Source: Laetmonice hystrix
Lineage: Eukaryota
DNA: 64,000 nt
Reading direction: 5' to 3'
Assembly: GCA_965235115.1 (NCBI GenBank)
Contig: OZ249436.1
Location: 47,556,001 to 47,620,000, forward strand
The position numbers and the translations under genes are program-made. Positions within the stretch are counted from its first letter, which is position 1. Every line of letters starts with the position of its first letter. The notes beneath the pieces were generated by a model. That model did no database searches, had not been told where the DNA came from, and saw only the letters and a list, made by a program, of their open reading frames with translations. Shown here in pieces: positions 1-13,419 of this stretch.

Positions 1-2112
1 TAAACTACTGTGCAGGTGAAATATGGCGTTCTTTTTACATTGAAAAGACCCTCACTTTCAGTGCATTTTGTCGTACATTTGAAAGGAGTATGACTGAGAA
101 AAAAACGTTATTGTTATTCTGGTAGTGCATTCCTGAAATATATTGATTGTCTATTAAAGGCAAGACAGCAAAACGTTATTAATTTCGTCTGAAAAACAAG
201 ACTATCTTTCACAGTAAATATCGCACGCTGAGGTTACCAGCTGTTCATGTATACCATCAAGCAGATGGTAACTTGTTATTATGTCATGCAGGTCGGTGAC
301 AGCTGTTACTACGACCTACGGGGGAGTACAGCTGTGACAGGTAGTGTTCCAGCTGCATGGATCCACTAACTGCAGGTGGGAGGAGTTCTACACAGACGGC
401 TATAGAAGCAGGTACTACGGTTGTGCATCCTACGCTACTAATCATAATCATCAATCAGTAAATGTCACCAGTCAGTAAGACATCAAAAAGTGATTATTTC
501 TTTAATTATTCACACTGACCGTACTACTTTAAATATACTCTCGTGAAATTAAAATAATTGAAATCTCCGGCTGATAAAAACAGTTGATCAGTAATGGTTT
601 TTAATGAAATGGCCAACGTTTTCACTGAACAAAATTCGTCACAACTTCACAATGGTATTTCAAAATAACTAAATACGTCATTCTGTATTTACTTAAAAAC
701 AGCAATAGAAAAGGAGACTCCTGCACTAGTATAGTATGTTGGGCACAAACCATTTGTACTGGGCTGCCGAGCAAAAACGGGCTTTTGGTATTGCGGCCCA
801 CACAAAACTGTATTTGGCAGCGCTAAAACCCGTTATAACGCCACTGTAAATGTGCACCTGTCATTCGAAACGTGCACTCATCAAGCAGTGTAAAAAGTAT
901 GGTGAGGTTAAAAATAACAGTGTAATACTGGATCGGAAACAAGACCTCGATATCAAGTCAATATGTGTAACTTTACACTTTCCATCTCCTAGCCGGTCGC
1001 CCTTTCTGACAATGTCTGAAAGCCAAGTCCGGCGTACTTCCTCCATATGATGACAATAATCAGACCGTTAACGTCGGAAGGAACTATACAGAGTAGAAGG
1101 CTGACGGCCACCGAGTGGAGAAAACGACCAGAAACCCACGGACGGGCACAATCATCAATGCCACATTAGTCACAGCAAAATTAATCGAATCTAAACAAGA
1201 CTTTATCAAAGACAAATCTTTTAGCAATTTGTACCGTGTCGTCGATTGTGTTCTTACTTTTAGCTGGGGATTGTTTTTGTCACAGACTTGTCGGTCTGGG
1301 TTTTGACGTGGCTGTAATTTAGTGCAAGCTACCGATGACTGATGCTGTAAAGATTGGACGGATGAGGTCTACGCTTGACGTTGGACTTTGCGATCTGTAG
1401 ACTGATGACGATATTATACACAGCACGGACAGGACAAGATTTGACTAGCAGCCATTAAAACCCGCTCCATGGTCTGCCTAACACACATTCCTTCATATTG
1501 TAAGCCGAGGACGGCGCCTTAAATCGCTATGTCACATAGACGAGTTGTAATGATAAAGAGCATCAAGATCTGATCTGGAAACGAAAGTCATACTGACGGC
1601 TTCATTTCCTTATCGTGTCAAAAACACGTGTTCATGTGTTGTAATTTTGTCTTCAACTTATACAAATTTAAATAAACCAAAAATAACATAAAACAATAGA
1701 CGTTTATTAGCATACATAAAGACTTCCCATCAGAAAGATCAATCGACACTTGTTCTGAAGAATCGTTACATAAATGCAATGAAATAGGATGTGCTTATTG
1801 TACAAGAGAAAGGTCCTAAAAGAACGTAACAATATAATAACGAAATTTTGTTAAATGAAATAAAAAGAAGTGCTCTGTGATTTCAGAGACTGCTCCTTCT
1901 CCTTCTATGTCTCTATGTGCAGAGAGAAGAACAAATTTCACTCAAGTATTTCTTCCCTTTTGTCACTTGAGGTTTTTCTTGCTCACGTGCAGTTTGAGTA
2001 GTGTTTGTAGGAGGAGAGAGATGGAGAGATTTGAAGGAAGGTGTGTTGGATGGAACAGGTATAGAACACCACAGTGGGCACAAGGTCACAGAATTACATA
2101 GGAATAGTGTAC

Positions 2113-2187
2113 CTTGACGACTGGTTCTTCTCCTCACTGGCTATATATCTGCTACTAGAACTGCATGGTCCATGCACTATGGTAGCC
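2113..2187 (-). CDS. Candidate exon (ATIVHGPCSSSSRYIASEEKNQSS)
   Basis: Strong polypyrimidine acceptor ttttctttctgttcccgccgctgctcag| and AAG|GTACAC donor. 75 nt, symmetric phase 2. Confidence 0.3.
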
Positions 2188-3039
2188 CTGAGCAGCGGCG
2201 GGGAACAGAAAGAAAACGGCTATCGCAGAGTCGCCACACCACACCACACCACACAGCACAGCCCACCTGCATACCCTTCAATCAAACCTGCATATCCTCC
2301 AACCTCAATCACTCAAATTGATACGTTAACAACCAAAATCATTGAATTTGGAACATGGAAATTTGATCTCCAATCCGCTATCCCTCATTACAGACGGCTC
2401 AAAGATACTGCCGCGAAAGATACTGCCGCCATGACACGCCACAACTTTGAATGTCATTTACTTGTCAAATATCAAATGCCATATACGTGTTAGATATCCT
2501 AATATCTTTTTAAAATAATTTAAATAATCCCCATTCTTGAATAGGCCTCGAAAACGGAATAAAAGGGCTCCATCATGGAATGAAAATGTCAAAAAAAATC
2601 ATACGATTAAAAAAACGTTGAAATTTTGTTTGAAAAGTAATATTTGAAATCAGGTGGTCAGTATGCAGGTGGACATGTACTTCATATCTGTATGTAGTCA
2701 CGAGACCCTATTCAGAGATAAAACAGTATTCAGCAGACAACAATTGGTCCAACCTCACATCATACAATACTGCCCTATGCTACGTATGTACACAGAGTTT
2801 CTCTTCCAGAGCTGTATCTTACATAGCAGTGTTTATTTCAGAAAACTGAAGCAAGTTAGTAATATGGTTGTATATCTCTTCATTAGTATGCATATGTGAA
2901 TTAGAACAAAATTATGAGCAGTTGTTAATTAATCTGGACGCAAAGGAATGTATTTACAGATGAAGCATTAATGTACGGAATTCAATGTTAAAAACATTTC
3001 TGTTTGTTTGAAATGAATGTATGAAATGTCGGTATCTAA

Positions 3040-3246
3040 AGCTGTATCCTCACTGGACGCGAGCGACGCGAGCGACGCGCGCGTTTCTTTTAGAAGTAAT
3101 GGAAATGAATGCAGCCATCTGCACTGGCCGCGCGCGACGCGCGCGACATTTTTTGTGACACACTCCATTCATTTCCATTACTTCTTTAAAAAACGCTCGC
3201 GTCGCTCGCGTCGCTCGCGTCGCACGCGTCCAGTGAGGATACAGCT
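3040..3246. mobile_element. Palindromic MITE, PIF/Harbinger (Tourist)-like
   Basis: Perfect TIR AGCTGTATCCTCACTGGACGCG with further imperfect pairing inside. TAA flanks both ends (3037-3039 and 3247-3249). Confidence 0.85.
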
Positions 3247-3974
3247 TAAGAAACAATAAGCATGAAGAAAGACAACATCGCTCTCACTTCACAACACGAC
3301 AAGAGACAAATTATATAATGGTACTTGATCATCAAAACACAACATCGAACAACACAGGGCACAGAAATCAACACAACACCAACTAAATATCTACAGCCAA
3401 ATGTTTGCAGTGATAATTGCATATTGCCAGAAATATTGTCACAACCACCGTTAACATGCGCGAAATCCGTCAGAAATAAACCCACTATTAATCCTCTCAT
3501 CTTCGTATTTTGCCACCAAGGAAATGTTCTGTTATTTGAAAACGTATTTTAAAAATATTGAAAAAGCTGAGTCACCAAAGAAAGGAGTATCATAAGCACA
3601 TTGAAATGTGAATGATGGCATCAGGCTATCTATAACAGATTAGTGTCCATTCAAATATCGGACGACTTTTAAATTCTGTTAATTCTTTACTAAACCCGCG
3701 GCCACCAGACACCCGACTTTACCCCCCGTATCTCCTTCCAACCAGATTCCCCTTGGTAAGCCTCTTAGATTACGATCCTAATCCACATCAATTACAGCTA
3801 TAATCCAGGGCGCTACTCTGGATAGGCTACTGCCCTCCAAACTGTAAAGATAGCTAGGATTACGGACAGATGAAGATTAACATGAGTGGCCTTCAAAGGA
3901 ATATCGCTGAACTTCCAGTTGATTGTGTACCGTTAGGCGTTGTAATGTTTGAGTTGAGAGACACGGATACAGAT

Positions 3975-4450
3975 ACACCGAGAACAGGTCAGGTGCACCA
4001 TGTACGGCACCGAGAACAGGTCAGGTGCACCATGTACGACACCAAGAACAGGTCAGGTGCACCTTGTACGGCACCGAGAACAGGTCAGGTGCACCATGTA
4101 CGACACCGAGAACAGGTCAGGTGCACCTTGTACGACACCGAGAACAGGTCAGGTGCACCATGTACGGCACCGAGAACAGGTCAGGTGCACCATGTAGGAC
4201 ACCGAGAACAGGTCTGGTGCACCATGTACGACACCGAGAACAGGTCAGGTGCACCATGTACGGCACCGAGAACAGGTCAGGTGCACCATGTGGGACACCG
4301 AGAACAGGTCAGGTGCACCTTGTAGGACACTGAGAACAGGTCAGGTGCACCATGTACGGCACCGAGAACAGGTCAGGTGCACCATGTGGGACACCGAGAA
4401 CAGGTCAGGTGCACCATGTGGGACACTGAGAACAGGTCAGGTGCACCGTG
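3975..4450. repeat. Minisatellite, 32-bp unit, ~15 copies
   Basis: CACCGAGAACAGGTCAGGTGCACCATGTACGG tandem. Confidence 0.95.
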
Positions 4451-4518
4451 TATGACCTTGTTTATTTGTCTGTCATCATCGCGTGCCGGACTGACGCCTT
4501 ACAACACCTTAGTGCGGG

Positions 4519-4579
4519 TCAATCTGAGGTCAGCAGGTGTGGCCGTCCAGGGTCGGTTGGTGGTTGTTTACAGTTACAC
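4519..4579 (-). CDS. Candidate terminal coding exon of gene A (CNCKQPPTDPGRPHLLTSD*)
   Basis: ctgacacag| acceptor, phase-2 start, TGA at 4519-4521, minus-strand AATAAA at 4461-4466. Unique island between two satellites. Confidence 0.33.
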
Positions 4580-4616
4580 CTGTGTCAGACCATAGACCTA
4601 GAGTCTATGGTCAGAC

Positions 4617-5690
4617 CCACCCCAGCCCCACCCCTGACCTCACTACCCTCACCTCATCCCTCCCCACCCCAGCCCCACCCCTGACCTCACTACCCTCACC
4701 TCATCCCTCCCCACCCCAGCCCCACCCCTGACCTCACTACCCTCACCTCATCCCTCCCCACCCCAGCCCCACCCCTGACCTCACTACCCTCACCTCATCC
4801 CTCCCCACCCCTGACCTCACTACCCTCACCTCATCCCTCCCCACCCCAGCCCCACCCCTGACCTCACTACCCTCACCTCACCCCTCCCCACCCCAGCCCC
4901 ACCCCTGACCTCACTACCCTCACCTCACCCCTCCCCACCCCAGCCCCACCCCTGACCTCACTACCCTCACCTCACCCCTCCCCACCCCAGCCCCACCCCT
5001 GACCTCACTACCCTCACCTCACCCCTCCCCACCCCAGCCCCACCCCTGACCTCACTACCCTCACCTCACCCCTCCTCACCCCAGCCCCACCCCTGACCTC
5101 ACTACCCTCACCTCATCCCTCCCCACCCCAGCCCCACCCCTGACCTCACTACCCTCACCTCACCCCTCCCCACCCCAGCCCCACCCCTGACCTCACTACC
5201 CTCACCTCATCCCTCCCCACCCCAGCCCCACCCCTGACCTCACTACCCTCACCTCACCCCTCCCCACCCCAGCCCCACCCCTGACCTCACTACCCTCACC
5301 TCATCCCTCCCCACCCCAGCCCCACCCCTGACCTCACTACCCTCACCTCACCCCTCCCCACCCCAGCCCCACCCCTGACCTCACTACCCTCACCTCATCC
5401 CTCCCCACCCCAGCCCCACCCCTGACCTCACTACCCTCACCTCACCCCTCCCCACCCCAGCCCCACCCCTGACCTCACTACCCTCACCTCATCCCTCCCC
5501 ACCCCAGCCCCACCCCTGACCTCACTACCCTCACCTCACCCCTCCCCACCCCAGCCCCACCCCTGACCTCACTACCCTCACCTCACCCCTCCCCAACCCA
5601 GCCCCACCCCTGACCTCACTACCCTCACCTCATCCCTCCCCACCCCTGACCTCACTACTCTCACCTCACCCCTCCCAACTCCAGCCCTAA
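4617..5690. repeat. C-rich minisatellite, 47-bp unit, ~22 copies
   Basis: CCTGACCTCACTACCCTCACCTCA(T/C)CCCTCCCCACCCCAGCCCCACC tandem. Confidence 0.95.
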
Positions 5691-6121
5691 TCCTTACCTC
5701 CCCACCCATCCCCTTACCACCTGACACCTCCCAAACATGTGCTACCACCACCCATAACCTTCTGATATCCTTACTTGACGTGCACCACACCTGATGCAAA
5801 CATAACCAGCCAAAAGGTATTTTAACCCCCTCCCCCCGACATCACTAACCATCAACACCCCAAACACCCCTAACAATTAAAAGGTCAGGCCTAGCTACAC
5901 CCCGCTACGGTGGCAGCAATTCCCACAGCCTGGTTAACTCCTTGCTAACCCCTGCCACCTGGTCGACCACCGAGTCCGGACAGGCAGGTGTACTTAATAA
6001 ATACGCCATCAACGTTCACCTACTGACTGCCATTTTACTTCACCTACCTCTTCACACTTTGAACTTTTCTCCGCTAAAACAAGCCGCATCTTAAACCGTG
6101 TTTGCCAGGCCATTAGCTTAA

Positions 6122-6470
6122 TAAAATTCCCGGACTTTTCCCGGGCCAGAAGCACCAAACAACAACTTCCGAGATTTTCCCGGGCCGGGAAGCACCAAAC
6201 AACAACTTCCGAGATTTTCCCGGGCCGGAAGCACCAAACAACAACTTCCGAGATTTTCCCGGGCCGGGAAGCACCCAACATCAAATTCTCGAATTTTCCT
6301 GGGCCGTGAGCACCCAACATCAAATTCCCGGACTTTCCCTGGGCCGGAAAGCACCCAACATCAAATCCCCGGACGTTCCCTAGGCCGTGAGCACCCAACA
6401 TCAAATCCCCGGACGTTCCCATGGCCGTGAGCACCCAACATCAAATTCCCGGACTTTCTCCAGTTCCCGG
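6122..6470. repeat. Minisatellite, 39-40 bp unit, ~8 diverging copies
   Basis: AGCACC(A/C)AACA..AA.TTCC.GA.TTTTCCCGGGCCG repeats. Confidence 0.85.
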
Positions 6471-7214
6471 ACCCGTGGGAACAATAAACAAATCCTCATG
6501 CTAAAGCTTCAGGAGAAGAAACGACACATTCTAGTCTCCTGATCAGCTCTATCTTCTTAACTTGATTTGATATAAAGGGTGACCCAGCAAAATTCAGGAT
6601 GGGAGTTTACATAGTACCTCTACTATTCATAATAATAAATTTCAACCCTTTTCTACACACAGGTACATACACATTGACCACATAGGAGCGTTCGTTTACG
6701 ACATTAGCACTCCCTTTGCTCTCCAAAATGAATTCTGATTAAATCATGAAATATTTCATGCTAAATTTTTCTGAGTCACTCTTTAATTAAATATTGGATC
6801 GGGACTTTTCTCCCCGACAAATCTGTAGTGTTTAATAGAATCTGAGGTATTTGAAATGAAATATTAAACATTTTGTCTTTGGATATTCGATACTTTTAAC
6901 AGAGAAACACATTCCTCTTTGAAATCCCACTCTATCTCTATTTACAATTCGAGGAGGCTGATAATAAAACCCCACGCTTTTTGTAGTTAATAACTCGAGC
7001 AGTCCACTGACGCCTCCAACTAATGCATTCACTACAGGTGAAATATTTACAGCGCTAAAAAATATATGGACGGGCAAACAATCTCTTGGCGTGAGGCTTG
7101 TAATTATACATGAAAGTTGGGTATAAAAAACAATTGTTTTAATGTAAAAACTTCAATCTGTAGGTCATGGGTCAGTATATGCTAAACAAGGTCTAGAGAC
7201 ATGGAAGTTTAGAC

Positions 7215-7790
7215 TACTCCTGTAGCAGGCAGGTTTTCATATATATTAGTAGTATATGAAAATCTGCTCCTGTAGCAGGCGAGTTTTCATTAGTAGTACG
7301 TGGAAATCTGCTCCTGTAGCAGGCAAGTTTTCATAGTAGTATATGAAAATCTGCTCCTGTAGCAGGCGAGTTTTTATTAGTAGTATATGGAAATCTGCTC
7401 ATGTAGCAGGCCTAACGATGGCGCCTGGCTGAACCAAACAAGGTATAATACAGCTAGCAATAGTAGTATATGGAAATCTGCTCCTGTAGCAGGCGAGTTT
7501 TCATTAGTAGTATATGGAAACGATGGCGCCTGGCTGAACCAAACAAGGTATAATACAGCTAGCAATAGTAGTATATGGAAATCTGCTCCTGTAGCAGGCG
7601 AGTTTTCATTAGTAGTATATGGAAACGATGGCGCCTGGCTGAACCAAACAAGGTATAATACAGCTAGCAATAGTAGTATATGGAAATCTGCTCCTGTAGC
7701 AGGCGTAACGATGGAGCGTGGCTGTACCAAACAAGGTATAATACAGCCAGCACTAGTAGTATGTGGAAATTTGCTTCTGTAGCAGGCGGC
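7215..7790. repeat. Compound satellite: ~41-bp units grading into 105-bp units
   Basis: Core GAAATCTGCTCCTGTAGCAGGC. AACGATGGCGCCTGGCTGAACC recurs at 7414, 7519 and 7624. Confidence 0.9.
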
Positions 7791-9546
7791 GCTTCATTAG
7801 TATCATTCCAAAATAATCATTTTCATCCGGCTAAGTTGCTTTCGTTCCAAGCATGAAAGGTTAAGAAATATTGAGAAAGACCAAGAATTCATCTTATATG
7901 TCGACATTTCAGGTCACATGACAAGGCAAGTTGCCGGGACTTCATTAAAACAATAGTCTTGAGAAGATTGAAATAGATTTTCTGTCATAAAGAGTCCGGC
8001 AGTCTCGCCTGACACAAAGAATGAAAGAATGCCTGTTGCTTTGGTAAATAATTGTGCTATTGTAAGGAGATAAAGCTATGACTTTGTAACGACACTGACA
8101 TATGTCTGACAGAAGCTACTGTTAGATCGATCCTACAGTGGCTCACCACCAAAAAATACAAACCTGATGGATATCTTTTATCCCAGAATCTAGAAAAACA
8201 AAGACTACAATTTTTTTTTAATAATTTTGTATTTCTATAGTTTTCTTATCTTTGAGGCACGCTAAAGCCATTTACCGTATTCCTAAGAACAGTGCCAACA
8301 ATTGCTTTCTAAAAAAAAGAAATCCTTCAAGCCGCCGAAACAATACTAAACATTTGCATGTAAATTCCTTTTCAGTATGAGTTTCCCACACCGAGAACAG
8401 CCATGCTCTGTGTATCAAGCACCCCCCTCCACCCCCCACCCCCACCCCCCACCCCCCACCGGGCGGGTCCCCAGCAAGGCTGCCTGTCTCTGTCAATTTG
8501 TGCCCGTCTTCACCATCTCTCCGGTATCTCCTTGTCTCGTGGGAAGTCTGTGCCAATTATCAGAAGTTTCCAACACTTCAACTGATTCCACACTACAAAT
8601 ATTTGCCCGCCGCTATCCCAGACTGCCAGCCGTGCCTCTCGCTCACTCCGCAGAACGGTTCAGATTTGGGAAAGATACAGCTACAAGAGTACCATCCGAG
8701 GCTATAATACCTTGGGAATATTAAACGTCAAACATGTCAAGGGGAAATTAATTTAACTTTAAGATGCTGTGTAGTGTTTTTCCTGGGAAGATCTGAATGA
8801 CGTGGCAAACGGAAATTAGAAATTTTCCAGTAAGATGCATCTTGATGTCAGCAGGTGGATAATGGACTGTCATCCATATATCATGGTGGGAGATTTAACA
8901 CGGTCTTACTGTTATAAATTGTAGGACTCGCTGCGGTAATGCGATTAGAAGCAACAAATACGATTTGCCTCAGTATATCACCAAGACAGGTAGATGTTGC
9001 AGATCTGGGACACTAAGTGATGATACCAGGACAACTTGCATTGATACCTCTCTCTCTACTACGGATTCCATCTGGTGTTTAGAGTTACTGATACTGTACA
9101 ACATGAGACATGACCCTTTTTATATAACGCTGCCTATACCTATTGATTACATGTAGGTATTCTTTAACAGGACATACGTCTCTGTTCTTGGCACGGTTTA
9201 ACAAGGCTTTATCAATATACGTAGAAAATACATTAAAAAAAATATAGTTCCATGACGTCACGCACTGCGCCGTCGACTGTCTAACTGTGACGCCACAATC
9301 GGCCATAAATCTGGCCCGTCTATGACAGAATAGTACCGTCGACAGCGGACTGAACACGTGTCCTCGGGCACACGTGATAACTCCATCCATCTTGGTGACA
9401 GGGACCCGCACACAGCTGTCTCAACCCATGGGATCCGTCCTCCCTATCTCTGTCACCTCTACACGTCTGCCTCTCCAACCTGCCTGGGCCCTGGGGCCGA
9501 CCAACCGACCGAACCACTCCACCTATGTCTCCCTCCGCCCACTCAC

Positions 9547-9596
9547 CCCGCCCCTTGCATGCTGGGTACCGAAAACAAGGTCTTTTTTTCAGTAAT
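9547..9596 (-). CDS. Candidate internal exon of gene A (ITEKKTLFSVPSMQGA)
   Basis: ccttcacaacag| acceptor and GG|GTGAGT donor. 50 nt, phase 0 to 2, compatible with the 13080 donor. Confidence 0.42.
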
Positions 9597-9789
9597 CTGT
9601 TGTGAAGGTGATGACGGACAGGACAATGACGTTATCTACCTAACCTCCTTCTCTCCGTACTCGTGCAGTCTACCACACCATCTCCATCATTTTGGATCTA
9701 TTCAACTGGTGCTAACTTTGTTAGTCGGGACTGATCTGTTCCTAACTGTAGCCCGTCTCATTGAGGGCCCTGGGAGGGCGGACAACTGA

Positions 9790-10015
9790 CGTACACCCTC
9801 CCTGACAGACACTGTATGTGAATTAAGGCCTGACTGACACGTTGTGTGTGAATTAGGGCCTGGCGGACGCTTTGTGTGTGAATGAAGGCCTGGCGGACAC
9901 TTCATGTGTGAGTTAAGGTCTAACAGACAATTTGTGTGTGAATTTGGGCCTGGCGGACACTTTGTGTGTGAATAAAGGCCTGACGGACACTTTGTGTACT
10001 AAAGGCCTCACTGAC
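9790..10015. repeat. Diverged minisatellite, ~30-bp unit
   Basis: GACACTTTGTGTGTGAATTAAGGCCTG-like units. Confidence 0.8.
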
Positions 10016-12261
10016 AGCTGAAGCCCATTCAGACAAGAGAAAAACACAGCTATGACTCGAATGGTAATAGTTCTTCGGGACCTTAAACAATACAAATGAT
10101 CACCACGTAAGAGGATCGCAGGAAAAAAACAAAGTAAAATGATCAGTAAATAAAAATAAGAAGTGCCTTTTACGGAATCTTTGGAGCGATATATCAGGCA
10201 GAACAAAGAGATAGAACCTGACAAGTTTTTATCTCTGATAATGGATGACTGGAAATACCATCAACACTGACACGAGGAATTGTAGGAAATCCAATTACAT
10301 TCTTCTACATCACTAACTCCTGAGCAACAGATTCCTCGTCATGGCAGAGACAATAGCAGGCCAACCGAACACTGTATCTAACCACAGAAACTATCTCTCT
10401 TGGTAAAAGAGATAGAACAGCAGGGCAAACCACCTGACTTGGTCACAACCACTCACGTTTTGCTATAGTCGCTGCATGTATTACCTGAGCCTATTGGAAA
10501 CCGTATCCAACAACACAAACGATCTCTCTGTAAGAGAGAGAGAGAAACAACATCAGGCCAGCAACCCGACATGGTCACAAGCACTCACGTTTTGCTGTAG
10601 TCGCCGTATTACTTGGGCCTACTAAACACCAGAAGAAGGGGGTTAAAACTAATACCCTCAGTTTGGGGTACAAAGGAGTGACGTCGTGGCACGTTGACAT
10701 GAAAACGCAGCCAGCGATTCGTAAGAAACTGTTGAATCACTATGAGATTGTTCAACGACCCAGACAAGTCTCACTAATCATGACAAGTAGACACCGGTTC
10801 TCACTGACGTCCGATTGTGTGACGGAGAACGGCTTGAACTGAGATAGGTCCATTGTTGGTGTTCATCAAACGGCAATCAGACAAACATGATAGATGTTTA
10901 TAAGTGTCTCAATCAAACTCTAAAACTATGAGACCCATGTTGAATCAATTCTAACTGCATGTATATGAAAGAAGATATCTGTTCTATGAAATACTCTGCT
11001 GATGTTAGTAAAAAAATATTTCCAACCATCTAACTTGCTAACTTGGCAGGAAGGAAATGCGTTTGTCTGAGATTTGCTGTGATGGAGAACGTTTAACTGT
11101 AGAACTTATACTCTGTGAGAGAATTTTTAATTGGAAGAATTTTAATCTGCCAAGGGCGATTAAGAATCTTTTATCTCAACTCTGCAGGAGTCGTTCCCTG
11201 ATTAGGTAATAGTAACTTACATTGATATCGTTACTGTAACGACATCGAACCGTATTTTATTTCCGACACTACCAGAAAAAACGGTATCTACAATGTCCGT
11301 TTCTAAGATTGCACCCTGTAGAAACAGGAGAAAGAAAATAGAACTCGATTCGTATGCATGTCTGGATCACGGAGAGGTTAATCTCATGCGTTACCAGTTT
11401 CCAGTCAGCTCGATATTAATAGATGCGTCGGTGGCTGAGAGCGGGCGATATTCGGGGAGTATCCGTCTAATATCGTTATACGATATCAGCCGGTGTGTGT
11501 GTGTGTGGGGGGGGGGGCAGGACTTATTCCCACACTCCAGGCCTGGCTCATTTACCCCAGGTCTCTAATGATTCCATGGCATGTCCTGCAGCTATTAAAC
11601 ATTCAAGGCCTGACATTCATACCCTCCCTACCCACCCCCAGTTACAGCAATCCACCAGACTACATGCCCAGCAGGCAATTAACGTAACACCACCCCAGTC
11701 AGCTTTCTTGGCAAAAGGCACGGAAAGGGTCCCCTTCCTAACACGGCGGTGAAACTAGACCCTGTTGGCAAATAAAACTAGAATGTAGCAATTAATGATC
11801 GGGGTGTGGTATTGACCGGCAGGATATGTCAGGTTGGCGAGGGACAGTACATGGGGGGGGGGGGGACTGTTGCCATGGCTACCAAAGTTTACTCTATCAG
11901 ATGGGGGCTGAGGGTTGTTCCCTGATGGATGAGGTCCTGATATAAACCCCTCATTATTCGGCCTCACACTTAAATAACCAGGTTGACCGATTATCGCCCG
12001 CCTTTTCGGGGCCGTCATCATCGAGCCAGAAGCCAGCTACAAAATACCTTGATCAATCTGTGATCATTGTCAGACCGTCCTTAAGATGAATTATGCAGGA
12101 GGACATGCATCTGAGAGCGGCCCACATGAAGCAATCCCCCCAGGCGGTGCTGATATAATCATGTAATCATAATCTGTCATCACAAGCCACCTATTGGGGA
12201 CACAACAACATAGCGGACAACACTTCAGCAAAGCCAGCACTGGGTACGGGCGGCACCAGTA

Positions 12262-12930
12262 TAAAGCTGGCATACACGTAACAACTGTTTAGTCGGCTGA
12301 CTCTTCCTAACTTAATAAATAGTACATGCATTTAAACCAGCGGGTAAAACACCTCCTGACTACTCCCAACAACCAGTCGGATGGTCGGGAGTTGTTTTTT
12401 ACTACTCCCAACAACCAGTCGGATGGTCGGGAGTTGTTTTTTACTACTCCCAACAACCAGTCGGATGGTCGGGAGTTGTTTTTTCTAGTCCCAACAACCA
12501 GTCGGATGGTCGGGAGTTGTTTTTTCTAGTCCCAACAACCAGTCGGATGGTCGGGAGTTGTTTTTACTAGTACCAACAACCAGTCGGATGGTCGGGAGTT
12601 GTTTTTACTAGTCCCAACAACCAGTCGGATGGTCGGGAGTTGTTTTTTCTAGTCCCAACAACCAGTCGGATGGTCGGGAGTTGTTTTTACTAGTACCAAC
12701 AACCAGTCGGATGGTCGGGAGTTGTTTTTACTAGTCCCAACAACCAGTCGGATGGTCGGGAGTTGTTTTTACTAGTCCCAACAACCAGTCGGATGGTCGG
12801 GAGTTGTTTTTACTAGTCCCAACAACCAGTCGGATGGTTGGGAGTTGTTTTAATGTCCGGCATACACTCAGTCATGGACTATTTAGTTGGTGACAGTCGG
12901 GCGGCTAAACTGTGTGTATGCCGGGCTTTA
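12262..12930. mobile_element. TIR element (MITE) carrying an internal 41-42 bp satellite
   Basis: Left end TAAAGCTGGCATACAC...GTTTAGTCGGCTGACT matches the reverse complement of the right end, TAAAGCCCGGCATACAC..GTTTAGCCGCCCGACT. Confidence 0.6.
12357..12851. repeat. Minisatellite, 41-42 bp unit, ~12 copies
   Basis: ACTAGTCCCAACAACCAGTCGGATGGTCGGGAGTTGTTTTT tandem. Confidence 0.95.
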
Positions 12931-13079
12931 AACGACTTCTCTGATGTAATTCAATCAAGGCCCCGCCAATAATAATAACTCCAGTATGGACAGATATCAA
13001 ACAGTAACAATGAGCAGGAGGTCTCTGTCAGTAAGCAGTCCGCCCTCAGTGCCGGACTTTGATGCCGGGAGGTACTCAC

Positions 13080-13152
13080 TGTTGATATACGTACTATACA
13101 ATCAAGTATGTACTGATACAGCGGCCGGTGCAGCGGGGTCAACCGCTTTGAT
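13080..13152 (-). CDS. Candidate internal exon of gene A (SKRLTPLHRPLYQYILDCIVRIST)
   Basis: ttaacacag| acceptor and |GTGAGT donor. 73 nt, phase 2 to 0, compatible with the 16756 donor. Confidence 0.42.
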
Positions 13153-13262
13153 CTGTGTTAACAATACATTGTCTTGGTCTCTTCAAAGTCAACAGCAGAT
13201 CCTCCATGGTAACATCCCATAGAAATCTAAGGGCAAGAGTTCAAGATATTCCGAGCCCAAAA

Positions 13263-13375
13263 CCTTTTCACAAAGCACACGCAAGACTTGCGGACCCGCA
13301 AACTATTATTAAACAGCTGGAATACAATAGTTTTCGGGTCCGCAGGTTTTGCGTACACGTGCTTTGTGAAAAAGG
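13263..13375. mobile_element. Hairpin MITE relic
   Basis: TTTTCACAAAGCAC..GCAA..CTTGCGGACCCG.AAACTATT pairs with AATAGTTTTCGGGTCCGCAGG..TTGCG..GTGCTTTGTGAAAA. Confidence 0.7.
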
Positions 13376-13419
13376 CCCCTGGTTCTTAACCAGAAAACCC
13401 TTTCTCTCTCGCGACCCTA

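Noticed and set aside
3870..4455. Repeat-peptide ORFs (also 23242-23648, 30843-31349, 49410-49936, 62432-63053)
   Set aside because: Artefacts of stop-poor tandem repeats whose unit length is not a multiple of 3.
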